A stretch of DNA of 64,000 nt from Octopus sinensis (taxonomy: Eukaryota), in NCBI RefSeq assembly GCF_006345805.1, contig NC_043012.1:19654001-19718000 (forward strand), given 5' to 3'. Position numbers and translations under genes: made by a program. Of the stretch, positions 13,227 through 26,310 are shown in pieces (positions within the stretch are counted from its first letter, which is position 1; each line of letters begins with the position of its first letter). The notes under the pieces are model-generated. The model saw only the letters and a list, made by a program, of their open reading frames with translations, ran no database searches and had not been told where the DNA came from.

Positions 13227-13342
13227 AAAACTGACAGCTGTTTCGGCAGTGATGGCAGTCATACCTCATTTAACCTATAAGCCATAAAGGCAGGTATAAA
13301 TGAGGCATTAACAAGGATGCCCCACGGCCTCTTCAGAGAATT
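13227..13342 (-). ncRNA. Type I hammerhead motif with a long (about 90 nt) stem II, in a Penelope-like terminal fragment (about 13045-13345)
   Basis: Minus strand: ttct-CTGAAGA-GGCCGTG...GCCTCATTTA..TAAATGAGGT...CACTGCC-GAAAC-agct-GTC-agtttt. Stem III is the palindrome ACAGCTGT, the triplet is GUC, and stem I is weak. Confidence 0.75.
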
Positions 13343-13678
13343 AAATTAAATTTGTTATAATTGTGAAAAATATTATATAACCATATACATATAAATATAA
13401 AAATATAAAAATGTAAAATATAAAAACTTATACATCATAATGCTACACTTATATAATATAATACTCATTGGTACAATAATGGAAAGTAAACAGAACAAAA
13501 TAAAACAAAATATATATCAGTGTATATATTAATATTAATAAGCACCGATATTATACATATTTGGCTAATAGTTTTTTAAAAAAAACTAACACATAGGGAG
13601 ATGAAAAGTAATAATTAAAACCATGGTTCAGTTCATAAAATTCTAAAGCTATAAAAGTTAATAAAAATTACTATTAAT

Positions 13679-13680
<2 letters not shown>

Positions 13681-13756
<76 letters not shown>
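13681..13756. repeat. (AAT)n microsatellite
   Basis: Direct reading. Confidence 0.97.
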
Positions 13757-14082
13757 GATACAGTTATGTTTGCACCAAGTCCATCCTTTCAAGATCGAAA
13801 TAACTATGAGTTTAGAAATGCTGACCACTAGTAATGATAATTTAGATTAATTCGATTGGCTATTGGTTTGAAATTTAAATCACAAAAGAATTTTGTAGTA
13901 TTAATTTACGGTAATATTATTACCTTTACCCATATAATACAATAGATGAACTGATTGTTTGACAATTTTTAACATCTATGTATTAGTCTTGTTGGGTACC
14001 TATCTGGCAGTATATTGGATATATATTATCCCATGGTGGGTTGAATTTTCAACCCCTATCTCATTTTATATATATATATATA

Positions 14083-14714
14083 CTTTTACATACTGAATAC
14101 TTGGTCAAATTGATTAATAACTAATTAATTTTACCCTCAATTGTTGATATTATAATTCATTTCTCTCTGTCATATTGCCTCGGTTCTCACCGTTAAAATA
14201 TAATGTTTGCTAGATAACCCACGTGGGTGGAAGGGGAGAGCAGGGAATCTTCGCTTGCACATTTTGAATTTGTTGGTACTGGCAGTCTGAACGGGTCATC
14301 TGAGGTGATAAGTCGCCAAAGGGTATGTTCTTTCTTTTTAGTGCTTCCAAATCCAAAATAAGAAATGTTGAGCTGACGAAAGAAATGCTGAGTTTATTTG
14401 GCTAATCTAGAAACGTTAACGTTCTCAAATAATCTTTGTACTTGTGATATTTTTCTGTTTTTACCTCCATACCTTCGTGAGTTATTTTGAGTAAACATTA
14501 TCTGAGAGAAATTTTCTTTAAGTAGTGGAAATGGCAAAAAAACTTTTTTGGCTGCTATTTCTAGCAAATTCAGTATGTGGCAAAGTAATTTATTTTACTA
14601 AGCCCTAATTATATAATGTAATATTTTGAATTCGCCTTAAACGGTCCTTTTACATACTGAATACTTGGTGAAATTGATTAATAACTAATTAATTTTACCC
14701 TCAATTGTTGATAT
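14083..14714. repeat. 68-bp direct repeat pair (14083-14150 and 14647-14714, 1 mismatch) flanking a 496-bp unique segment
   Basis: cttttacatactgaatacttggt(c/g)aaattgattaataactaattaattttaccctcaattgttgatat occurs twice. Confidence 0.92.
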
Positions 14715-14732
14715 ATATATACATGTATATGT

Positions 14733-14795
14733 ATGGACTGAACCCGAAACTATGTGGCTTGGAAGTAAGATTCATACCACACAACAACGCCTGTT
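14733..14795 (-). mobile_element. SINE family A head fragment
   Basis: ggactgaacccgaaactatgtggcttggaagtaagattcataccacaca matches the head at 33393-33440. Confidence 0.7.
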
Positions 14796-15913
14796 TAATT
14801 TATGTAAACCACAATAGACTGCAATATGTCTGCTGATTTCATAACGACATTTTACAATTGTAACAACGTAGAAAGCCACATAAGTTAATCGACAATATTG
14901 GCTGCACGATTGCTCTTCTGCCATGCCCGTTATACATGTGTGTGTTTGTATGTGCATGTATGAGTGTGTATGTCTGTATGTATGTGTCTTTGCTTCTATT
15001 ACATGTAGATTTGTTCTTTAAAATACCGATAGAATATTTTCAGATCAAGATTTCCTTTGCTTTTTTTTCCTGTCTATTCTTTTAATTTCCATAATTTATT
15101 CTAATTATGTTATTTGGTCGGCAAGAGGGAACAACTACAGGTTTTATTAATTACCTTTGATGTTATGAAAACTATGGATTCCTGCTATTAATTTAATGAG
15201 AAACGTTGTTGTTTGGTTCGGTTATGGAAATGGAGTATTAGCTGTTTTAATATTGACCGGAAGAATATTTAAAATAAATTGATTTATTCCCAGAGTAAAC
15301 AGAGCGTAACATCACTCCGATGGGTCTTTCTTTTCTGTTCTTCTCCCTCAGATCATATTACAAGTTTTCCGTGCATGAACATAATAAACACATCCTATCG
15401 TCATCGACTCGCGTTTTAGAATTTAAAAATATTTTATACCTAAACATTAATGAACGAGTTCCGTTGTATCACAATAAATTATCAGTTTGCTGTGCGTTGT
15501 TATAGAAACATCACAAATTGGAATAAAATACCGTTCCTTCCAATAAAATGCCGTTCCTTCCAATAAACAAATGGAATATTTTCTATTGCCTAAAAAGCTT
15601 GTTGTGTTATTAGTTACCAATTGAGATTATCTCCATAATATAGTCATCCAGCAAATGGTTAATCCATGATTTCCCTATGGCGATTGTTAAATGGTATCTA
15701 ACTTTGCGTTTCTCAATGATGCAGTGTACAAAAGAGTTCGTCGACAAAAATTCTAAAATATCCGTGGATTATATATTACAAAGACATCTGTCAGATATTT
15801 GTCTGATATAGAAGAACTAGTGTTATTTTAGCAGATGTTTTCTAATTTGGTTATGGGAAAGATTGCATATCTCCGTAACTTCAATGGCTTTGGGAAAGAC
15901 ATTTCCTGGCATG

Positions 15914-17855
15914 TACTTCGTCATTTACAAAGATGATACCCTAGATGTCACCGCAAATACAAATGGACCAGCATAGGATCGGTTTAGGATGGACATTATC
16001 CAGTTGATGAAAACTTTCGGTTTTACCATAACTACAGATACCAACCTGACGGTTGTCAATTTCCTAGCTGTATCCTTAGATCTAAATAAGAATATATATA
16101 AACTTTGTGGGAAGCCTAATGATAGACTTACCTATATTCATGTGGGTTCCTGCCATTCCCCCATACTATTTAAAAATTTAGTTAAAAACATTAGCAAAAT
16201 AATGTCTAGCCTCTCCTCTGATGGGAACATTTGTAATAGCGTTGCCCCAGTACAGAATAAGGCTCTAAAAGATAGTGGATTTAGCGAGGAAATAACTATA
16301 CACCTGCCACCAGTGCAATAATAAAGAAAAGGAGACATAAGAGTAGGAAAACTATCTGGTTCGCACACCCCTACTCACCCGAAGTGACCTTTAATATAGA
16401 CAAGTATTTCTTAGCATTGATAGACATTTTCTAATCAACCATAGTTACAGAAAGCACTTAAATAGTCATAACTTTAAAACCAGTTTCACCTCAACTATTA
16501 ATTTTAAAAACATAATCGCACAAAATACACAAAAACCACTATATGAAACCAGCTATTCATGCACGGAAAAAGATTTGTGCCCGCTAAACGGAGCTTGCAT
16601 GTCCGAGACCATCATTTATGAAGCCACTGAGGACTCTATATCCATTATGGACACGGTTTCTACGAAAAAATACGTGGGCCTTACAGAGAGTAATTTCAAG
16701 GCCAGGTTCAATAATCACACCTTGAAATTCAAGCACTGGGATAAAAGGAAAATGACCACCTTATCCAGTAATTATATGGTCCTTAAAAGATAAAGGTGTC
16801 AGTTACAACATCCATCGGAAGATCTTAGCCAAGTGTAAGACCTACACCAACGGTAGTGGAAAATGCGGTCTTTGTGATATGGAAAGATGGCTCCCTTGGA
16901 AAAGCAGCTTAGATCCCACTACATGTCTAAATTCAAGAACTGAACTTTTCGAATTATGTCCACGTGTGGCTAAATATTTGTTACCTTTTGCCCCCCCCCC
17001 GAGATTACAGATGGGACTTGCTTTCTATATTGTGTCCGCATACAAGCATTTTTCTCCTTATACTTTGTCTTATATATCTTATATATTTTTAATATATTTT
17101 TTTACATATTGATAGATATATTGGTTTATAGTTTTATTGCTCATATATTTTTTCTTACACATCCTCTTTCTGTATTGTACCTTCCACCATGCATTTTCCC
17201 AGTGCAAATATAGACGTGTATATGGAATTTATTGTGTGCCCGTTGAATGTGTGCATGTGTGCGGGTATATGCGTATATAGACGTGTGTGTGTGCGTGCAT
17301 GCGAGTATGTGCGTATAGAGATGTGTTTTACTCTTATTGCTTCTTTTTAGCCCTTTTCTTGTGCATGTAGGTACATAGACATATTTATGAACCTTTTTTT
17401 GTTTGCGAGCGTGTATGCGGGTATGTATGTATTTTTTGACAAATATGTCGGTGAGCTTGTGTGTATTTCAAGTTAGGGTGGACGAGCGTATACATATAGG
17501 CGCATGTACGTGGCTGTGCGGTCACGCATGTGTAGGTATGCACATGCGCGCTTACGCGATAACTTACCTTTACTCCCTCCCCTTACTTAGCGGTCATTTT
17601 AATAGCTCTTTTGCTTTAATAACGGTCAATCACACAGTAATTTCCCTTTCTTTTAATGATCATTTCCATAGCATTTTTTTCGGTGGACGGATAACCGCAG
17701 AGATGCCGGCGTTGGTTTCTGCCCCGACATGCGAAACACGGAGTTTTATCATGGATACCGAATAATTGTCACATTGTATATTTACAGATAAATTACTCTA
17801 TTTACATAATATCGACGTCTCTTTCATTCGATTGTTTTCTGGCTATTTCTATCAA
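15914..17855 (+). mobile_element. 5'-truncated, decayed Penelope-like retroelement: RT C-terminal half, GIY-YIG endonuclease, TG-rich 3' UTR and pLTR
   Basis: YKDD at 15926, in frame with MDIIQLMKTFG...VNFLAVSLDL...KPNDRLTYIHVGSCH. Then CPLNGAC..IIYEAT..KKYVGLTESNFKARFNNH and KCGLCDMER. HHR-like motif at 17690. Confidence 0.9.
17690..17750 (+). ncRNA. Mutated (probably inactive) hammerhead motif of the PLE pLTR
   Basis: gataa-CCGCAGA-GATG...CATGC-GAAAC-acgga-GTT-ttatc; core CTGAAGA changed to CCGCAGA relative to the 24.2 and 26.3 kb copies. Confidence 0.6.
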
Positions 17856-18001
17856 TATATACATATATACATACATACAGACACACATACTCACACACAC
17901 ACACGCACACACACCACACATATATATATATATATATATAAAACACACACACGCACAAAACAAACACATATATATGTCTGACCATATAAAAGGAAAACAA
18001 C

Positions 18002-18087
<86 letters not shown>

Positions 18088-18088
<1 letters not shown>

Positions 18089-18155
18089 ATGTATAAAAAA
18101 TGGAGTTAACGCAGGTGTAATCAAATATTTTTACTTTCGACACATGTTTCGAAAA
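18088..18155 (-). mobile_element. Partial copy of the 5.1-kb HHR family (3' half of the motif only)
   Basis: Minus strand CGAAAC-atgt-GTC-gaaag. Shares (a)atggag(c/t)t..acg with 5097-5110 and 31976-31990. No CTGANGA found. Confidence 0.6.
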
Positions 18156-18233
18156 TTCCACCGATATATTTTTGCTGCCCTGGTAACTATTTTTTTTTTC
18201 CGTGTTAATTGTTAACAAGGTAAAAATACACTC

Positions 18234-18292
<59 letters not shown>

Positions 18293-19927
18293 TATGAATG
18301 CATATGCAATACGAAGAGCCGGGTAAACATGACTTGAAAGCGATGAGCAGCCATCTTCGATTATGACAAACTGTCACCATTAACTGGGTCCGTACAAACG
18401 ACGAGTAACACAAAGCTATCGGGAGGACAAATCCGATATGATGCATATAGCAGCAGGTATCCAGAGGGAGTTATACCGTCTTAAACACAATCTACTAGCT
18501 AAACGTCAATAAACTGTATATGTATGATCACTTGCTGCGTTTGTGTGCAGAGGCGGTAATACATGATCAATTACGAAGTAGTCCTTTTGTTGTCATCCCG
18601 CCATCATTTCATTCTTCTCCAGAAGAACATTCTCAAAACTGAAATACTGTCGAATGCAAATCAAAATATCCGGAAGATAATTATTTTCACTATGTAGAGG
18701 ACATATATGCATACAAGATTTACCTCTTGGATCAGAATGTAGTTTTGCAATAGAGGTAACATTCACATCACGAGAAGCCCAAGCCATCGTCCTCGACACG
18801 AGAAATTAAAGGATAGGATATCCCTATTGGAATATGTGTGTGTATGTGTGTGTGTGTGTGTGTTTGTGTGTGTGTTTGTGTGTGTGTGTTTTTACTGCAG
18901 CTCTAATATTGACATTTTTGATATACTGATTCTGCTCTGGCATATATTGAACGTAGGGCATTGTTTCTCTTGTGAAATGTATGTTATTCATAACTTCTCT
19001 CTTGGAGAAATGAGTTGAGAATACTACGCTTGAAAGACTTAAATTTAGTTTAAACGAGCTTCTAGCTATTCAGCAATTTATTAACAATACTTGAGATAAA
19101 TGTATATTCAAAATATCTTTTTGGTTTCCATTGTATTCCTTGAGTACAGCAGAAGAGGCAAGATACTGAAAGTGGCATACAGAATTTGATTTTAATTAAT
19201 ACAAATGAATTTTTTCTTACATCAATAGAATTTGGCTGTTCCTTGTCAATAATATATTGTTCAGGGCGGTCACGTGTCAATGATAAAATCTAACGTGTGA
19301 CAGTTTCATATCGTGGCTATCTCCACGATATAACGATGTGTTTAGAAAGAAAGTGGTTCCTAATGATACATCAGTAGTGATGAGAACATTTCAGTAAGAT
19401 TTCAAGAAAGAAATTTCTCAAAGTAAGAACACAGTGACCTCGGTAAATTGGCTAATCTGCATCAATGAGATTAGTTGTGTGTAGCTATATAAATTTCGAC
19501 AAAATGCTTCGGTAGCTGTACATATAATTTAATAAAACCGATAGAAAATGTGCACTAATATATTACAAGGGAATTAAACCCATCTAATTATCGATGTCGA
19601 AGATTATGATAGGATGGTTGATGTTATTACACGTATGAACAGTAAGACATACACGTATATATATATGTACACATATAGAAACAGGCTTTCATATCAAACT
19701 TGTCTGCACTCAAGCATACATGATCACAGAGTTCGGAGTGGAAGAAAGCTATAACTAATGACGCTATATGTTCCAAGAATTTTATCAATACATAATAATA
19801 TCGTGGACGCTACGGCGAGGTATTTCTAATGCGATTAATTTACAATTGCACAAATCTGCTTCCTGAAAATAATTACACGTGTATTGCTTGTGCGTTTAGT
19901 TATTCCCTATCACAAATACAGCGGACT

Positions 19928-20030
19928 AGCAGAATCTTTATTGTGCCGAGAAAGTTGCATTTTGAGTTCAAATACTGACAAGGTCGAATTTGCATTTCCA
20001 TCCTTTCGGGGGTCGACAAAAGACTTATCT
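19928..20030 (+). mobile_element. SINE family B fragment (MIR/CORE-like layout)
   Basis: gcagaatc...tgagttcaaatactgacaaggtcgaatttgcatttccatcctttcgggggtcgacaaaa; same family as 50461-50780. Confidence 0.7.
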
Positions 20031-22602
20031 GTCGTTCCTTAGGGTTCATAATCGGATAATATGGCAACCAGGAAATTTCAGACCATGTCCCTATAATCGA
20101 AATGATTATTGTTTATGTCTCTGAAAGTATTTTCTGTGAAATATCAAAACTTCTCTGGTTTGTTCGGTATTATGAATAAAGAGTGCATCAACTAATTCAA
20201 TTATGATAGTCTAACGCATGCCCCTTTCTCTCTGGCTTTATTTTCATTTAATGTCTGCATGGCTCACCGAACTTTCTACATATATTTCCAATCTTTATAG
20301 TTAAAAGAACTATTAACCTTTCGCAATTGTGCAGAAGTGTTTTCATCGCATGTCCAAGGTTTAAGGATTCAGCCAGTGTCGACAGCCGTGTTACATTTCT
20401 TTTTCAATTTTCTTTCATATTTTGTCTCTCACCATAAGAAATAAGTAAAAAAGCAAAAGAGTTTATTGGCCTCTGATAATAGAAATATTGAAAAAAACCT
20501 ATATTTTCCTGTGAAACAAAAGAAAATATTGAACACACATGTGAATACATATTGATGTATTGAATTATACAAGTGTGATTGCTACTTAGAAAAGTGTTTA
20601 CACCACTCACATTACCTTGATAAATTTTATAAGATCTCTCATTGTTTTCATGCGATGATAAATTTAAGTACACATTTCTGTAGTATTTGTTTTGCTCAAA
20701 TAAGTCGATCGCGGGATAAAAGGTTTGTAGTTATTTCTACGAACTGAATGTAGTGCATGTGAAGAAATTAAAGAACAGACTTGAATACTGTGAGGGCTTT
20801 CAGCGTGTATTCTTTATCGTTCTCTTCTTTTAATTCGCCCTCTTTAATAATATAATTGTTTAGATTCAATACAGATGTCGTGTTGCCGATTATACGGATA
20901 GATCATCACAGATTGACATTTATCAAAAACATCTGTAGGGTAAATTTAATATCATTGGAATTTTAATCAGGTCATAAACGGAGGCATTTTGTCCAATACT
21001 TAACCAACCTACAAATGCAAACAATAATTAGTTTGTTAATTATACATTTTATTGCATTATACATAGAGCTTAATTTGTTGTTCAGGAAGGAGTGGATTGA
21101 AGAAATATCTATAATTGACAAGTGGTTAATTAAACATTTTAAGGATGAAAAAGAAATATTGTTGTCATTTGAGCTTAGAAAGTGAGTTTATGCCACGAAG
21201 TTCAAAACGAATTTTGCCCAACGCTCTGCATATTTTAGAATATTAATTATTGCTCTGTAATATTATTGCAATGGCTGAAATATTGAGAAGAGTCAATTCA
21301 GTTAATCGATTTTTGTATTTGACTGGCATTTATTTTATCAAACCTTATAATCGTTCGAACGCGGAACGTACAGATGTACAGCTAAAAACCACCACCAGTC
21401 TATTGATTATGCCTGTCCAATGCATATGTTGACTGATTAAATATTAACTATTTGGGAATCTTTCTGTGACTAGCGTAAATACTTTACATGAAAGTAATCA
21501 TGTATTTCGCACAAGAATAACAAATATTTCGTGTTCAGTTCTCCTGCCTAATACACAGCTAGTGTTATTTTAAATACCATACGTCCCTAATGCCCTCTGG
21601 AATGACATGGATGTCACGCAGTGTTATTTCTTATTAGCAGAAAATCGATATCAATCAAAATCACGTCCTTAGTGAATTTGTTGCCGTCAAGAAAATACTA
21701 ATCATTTGAAAGTGTTAATGGTGTTATCAATAATGGATTTTTAATTAGAAATGATTTGATTGCCAAATAACAGTTTATAGCTCTTTGCATTCCAAATCGG
21801 CTTTCTGAGCTCTTATACCTGAGGCAAAGGTTGGCTTCAGTAATTCTGATGTTTTACAATACCGTCTGTGCAGAATGATGTGCATACAAAGTATGCTATG
21901 ATCTTTATGAGCCATTTAATGTATATTAATTTTGTATTAGATATTTTGTACAAGAGACGCGTTGCATTTATATGGGCGATTCACAGGGAAGTACGGACAA
22001 AGCTTTTATTTTCTAATTGTGTAAAATGATATTTAAATAAATTTATTTTTAATACCGGTAACTGAAGAGATCAAAGAAATTCCATCAGCAACTTCAAAAG
22101 CACTGTGTTTGTTCAGCCAACTAATAATGCGAAAGTAAATTTAGATCCTTGAAGTTGAAGTTCATGGCTAACCACCACCATTCGAATTTAGAAATAATGA
22201 GAGATAATTTCAGTGGTTTATCTCAAGAACTTTGGAATATTTTTTGTCATTCATCACCACATGCGGTTCATGAAATATGCATGTTAGGGCATTTAAAGCA
22301 GCGATTTAACCTACTTTGACACGACGAGCTATCCATGATAAGCAGCACAGTTTTATACAGCTCCAATAACACATACCACCCAGTTATATTCTTCATTCCA
22401 TGGAATGTAGCATTACGATTTGAGTAAGATAGAGTGCATTCGACCCCAATATATAATAGCAAAGTCACCTAGCATAGAGGAATAATAAAACTCGAAATTA
22501 TTTAATCATAAAATCAATAAATATATATTCTTTTCTTCTTTATTGCAGTGGATAGGGAGTTATTTACGTATATATATATACATACTTATATATATATATA
22601 TA

Positions 22603-22658
<56 letters not shown>

Positions 22659-22684
22659 TTATGTGTGTGTGTGAATATATATAT

Positions 22685-23140
22685 ATATAAACGGCAAAAT
22701 GTCTGTGTGTCTGTGTGTCTGTGTGTCTCCGTGTCCTTTATACAAATCCACAGGTTTTCACGTAAAAGGCTCGTATTTTCTATGGGTTTTCAAAATTGTC
22801 TGAGTGTGGTCGTGAAGATCAGTTCATTTCCCCAGTCACCCCAGAAACCCATTATAAAACTCGATAAACCGACCCCTTATACCCATAAGTTATGGGCATA
22901 TCCATTCAAAATCCCTAAAACATAGAAATTTGTAAGCCGTGCGTGCGTACATCTAGATAGGCTAAACGACTGCCAGCTGTTTTTTGATTGGACAGAGATA
23001 ATTTTACTCTTGACCGCTAATTATGCATGATTATTCCAGTCGAATGAATATTAATTACCCTCATAAAAGCTCCTACTAGCTCATGAATAGCAAAACTGAC
23101 CCGGGCTGAAATGTGATAAGAAACTTAGCCCTTGATTTAG
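22685..23140 (+). mobile_element. Probable non-autonomous Helitron-like element
   Basis: Starts tatatataaa followed by (tgtctgtg)n. Ends with the hairpin gggctga...ttagccc followed by ttgatttagt (CTAG-like end). Confidence 0.45.
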
Positions 23141-24092
23141 TGAGAAATTTTTGCTGCGACCCGGCAATGAACGATAAGCACTTGCACTGGACTTGCACTT
23201 ATATATATATATATATATATATATATAAGTATGTATGTATTTATTACTTTAGGCATGACGTCACACCTTATTTGGCTGGCATTTATATGTTTAACCATGT
23301 AATTTTCAGTGATATGAAGAAACGTTGCTTCTTATATTCTTTTCTGGGACAAGCAGCATGCATTTCATAATTGAAATTGGTGAACGTTACACTGCGTTTT
23401 TATCACATATATTATTTTATAATAATAGATTATACATGCTTCATAATAGGTTTTCAAAATGACATACTGCGATATCAAAATTATTTCACACAAACGTATA
23501 TCGAAATGTATTCTATAAAACTTCTAGTATTATATCTACATACGGATAAGAGGAAGGAAATCGCCTACAAGAAAAATAAGATTTTTCTATAAAGAGATTC
23601 CTTTGTTTCCATCAAATAACATTAATATACACTCAGAAGATCATTATATCACAGTAATTTATTCATTTAGATTACTTTAAAATAATATCTGTATTGTATA
23701 TTTCTTATCAAACAAATATTCCTCAGTACATATACAAATACACATACTACACACGCACGTGTTTTTCTTTTCTTATATCTGCATGTATATGTAAATATAT
23801 ATATATATATATATATCATAACGACATGAATCCAGATAGACATCCTATTCTATGTATGTATATATTCATGCCATATTTACACAATTGGGATAAGTTTCAG
23901 ACTGTGTAGATAACGAATGTATCGGAGTTAGATATGTGTTATCACTTTTCTGGTGATGACGAAATGCAATATGTGGGCTTTTGTCTACTATTTCCTGTAG
24001 AATCAGTAGCTGTCGAAAATGTCTCTATCCTAGAGAAATAGAAACTAATCATGGTTAAAATACCCTGAAAAAAAAGAGACAAAAACTACGAA

Positions 24093-24124
<32 letters not shown>

Positions 24125-24154
24125 TATATATATGGGACAATTATTCGGTAGCCA

Positions 24155-24217
24155 TAATAAAACTCCGAGTTTCGGATGTTGGGTCGGAAACCCACGCCGG
24201 CATCTCTTCAGTTATCA
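24155..24217 (-). ncRNA. Hammerhead motif in the 3' pLTR
   Basis: gataa-CTGAAGA-GATG ccggcgtgggtttccgacccaa CATC-C-GAAAC-tcgga-GTT-ttatt. The core is intact, stem II has an extra C at its base, and the triplet is GUU. Confidence 0.65.
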
Positions 24218-24714
24218 CGCCATTGAGTAAAATGCTATGAAAATGACGGTTAAATTACTATGTTATTGACCGTTATTTAGACAACAGAGCTATTAGAATT
24301 ACCGCTAAGTAAGGGGAGGGAGTAAAAGTAAGGGAGTGGCAAAGTTCATAGTAATCCAGTAAGCGCACATTTGCATATATCCACATACGCGACCACACAC
24401 CCACGTATATGCACCTATATGTATATTCTCATCCTCCCTCACTTGGAACACACACAAGCTCACACACACATTCGCCAAATAATATATATCCATACCCGCA
24501 TGTACGCTCACACACACACACACACGCAAAAAATAGATTCATACAAACGTCTATATACAGGTAAAATATAGAACAATTTCTAAAAAGGTGTAAAAAATAA
24601 GTAATAAAACTAAGAAACATCTATATGAAGACATACTCGCATGCACGCACATACACACATCTATATACGCACATACCCACACTCGTCTATATACGCCTAC
24701 ACTCGCATGCACAC

Positions 24715-24745
<31 letters not shown>

Positions 24746-26247
24746 TCTATATATGCACATATCCGCACACCCGCATACATCCACACGCGCGCACCAAAAA
24801 GTCCATATACATGTCTATATACGCACAGAAAAAATGGATGGTGGAAGGTAGATTACAGGAAAAATATGTGTAAAAAATATATGAGCAATAAACCTATAAA
24901 CAATATCTCTATAAATATGTAAAAATATATAAAAAAATATAAAAATATATATAAGAAATATAAGTAAAAAGTATAGAGAGATAAAACGCTTGTACGTGGA
25001 CACAATAGAGAAAGCAATTTCTATCTGTAATCTTGGCGGGCCCCAAAACGTAAGAAACATTTAGCTACACAGGGACATAATTCGAAAAGTTCAGTTCTTG
25101 AATTTAGACATGTGGTGAGGTCTAATCTGCTTTTCCAGAGGAGCCATCTTTCCATATCACAAAGACCGCACTTTCTACTGCCGTTGGTGTAGGGCTTACA
25201 CTTGGCTAATATATTTCGATGGATGTTGTAACTGACACCTTTATTTTTGAAGGACTATATATGACTGGATAATTTGGTCATATTCCTTTTATCCCAGTAC
25301 CTGAAGCTCAATGTGTGATAATTGAACATAGCCTTGAAATTACTCCCTGTAAGGCCCACGTATTTCTACTTGGAAACCGTGTCCTTAATGGACATAGAGT
25401 CCACGGTGGCTTCATAAATGATAGTCTCTGACATGCAAGCTCCGTTTAGACGTTTGTTTGAATCTATTTTTTGCGTGTGTGCGTGTGTGTGTGTGAGCGT
25501 GGATGCAGGTATGGATATATTTTTCGGCGAATGTGTGTGTGAGCTTGTGTGTGTTTCAAGTGAGGGTGGATGAGAATATAAATGTTTTCCCCTGCATGAA
25601 CAGCTGGTTTCATATTGTAGCTTTTATGTGTTGTGTGCGATTATACTTATAAAATTAATAGTTGAGGTCAAACTGATTGTTAAATTATGTCTATTGAAGA
25701 GCTTTCTGTAACAATGGTTTACTGGAAAATGTCTATCTCTCAATGCTAAGAAATACTTGCCTGTATTAAAGGTCACCTCGGATGAGTAGGGGTGTGTGAA
25801 CCAGATAGTTTTCCTATTCCTATGTTTCCTTTTCTATATTATTGGACTGGTGACTGGTGCATAGGTTATTTCCTCGCTAAATTCACTATCTTTTAGAGTC
25901 TAGGGCAACGCTATAAAAATGTCCCTATCGGAGGAAAGGCTACAAAAGCGTTGCTAATGTTTTTAACTAAATTTTTAGTCACTATCGGGGGATGGCAGGA
26001 ACCCACATTAATATAACTAAGTCTATCGTTGGGCTTCCTATAATGCTTATAAATATTCTTATTTAGATCTACAGATACATCCAAAAAATTAACAACCGTC
26101 AGGTTGCCGCCTGTAGTTATGCTAAGTCCGAAAGTTTTCATCAAATGCATAATGCCCTTCCTAAACCGATCCATCAAATGTATAATGCCCTTCCTAAACC
26201 GAGGAATTTATCTGTAAATATAATACGTGACAATTATTCGGTAGCCT

Positions 26248-26310
26248 TGATAAAACTCCGAGTTTCGCATTTCAGGGCGGAAACCCACGCCGGCATCTCT
26301 TCAGATACCG
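26248..26310 (-). ncRNA. Hammerhead motif in the upstream pLTR
   Basis: CTGAAGA-GATGCCGGCGTGGGTTTCCGCCCTGAAATGC-GAAAC-tcgga-GTT-ttatc; stems I and II partly degraded. Confidence 0.6.

Noticed and set aside
16540-16900. Selenocysteine recoding (in-frame UGA at conserved Cys), reported for some Penelope-like elements
   Set aside because: The conserved Cys codons I could read here are TGC/TGT or decayed to TAT; no UGA at those positions and no SECIS recognised.
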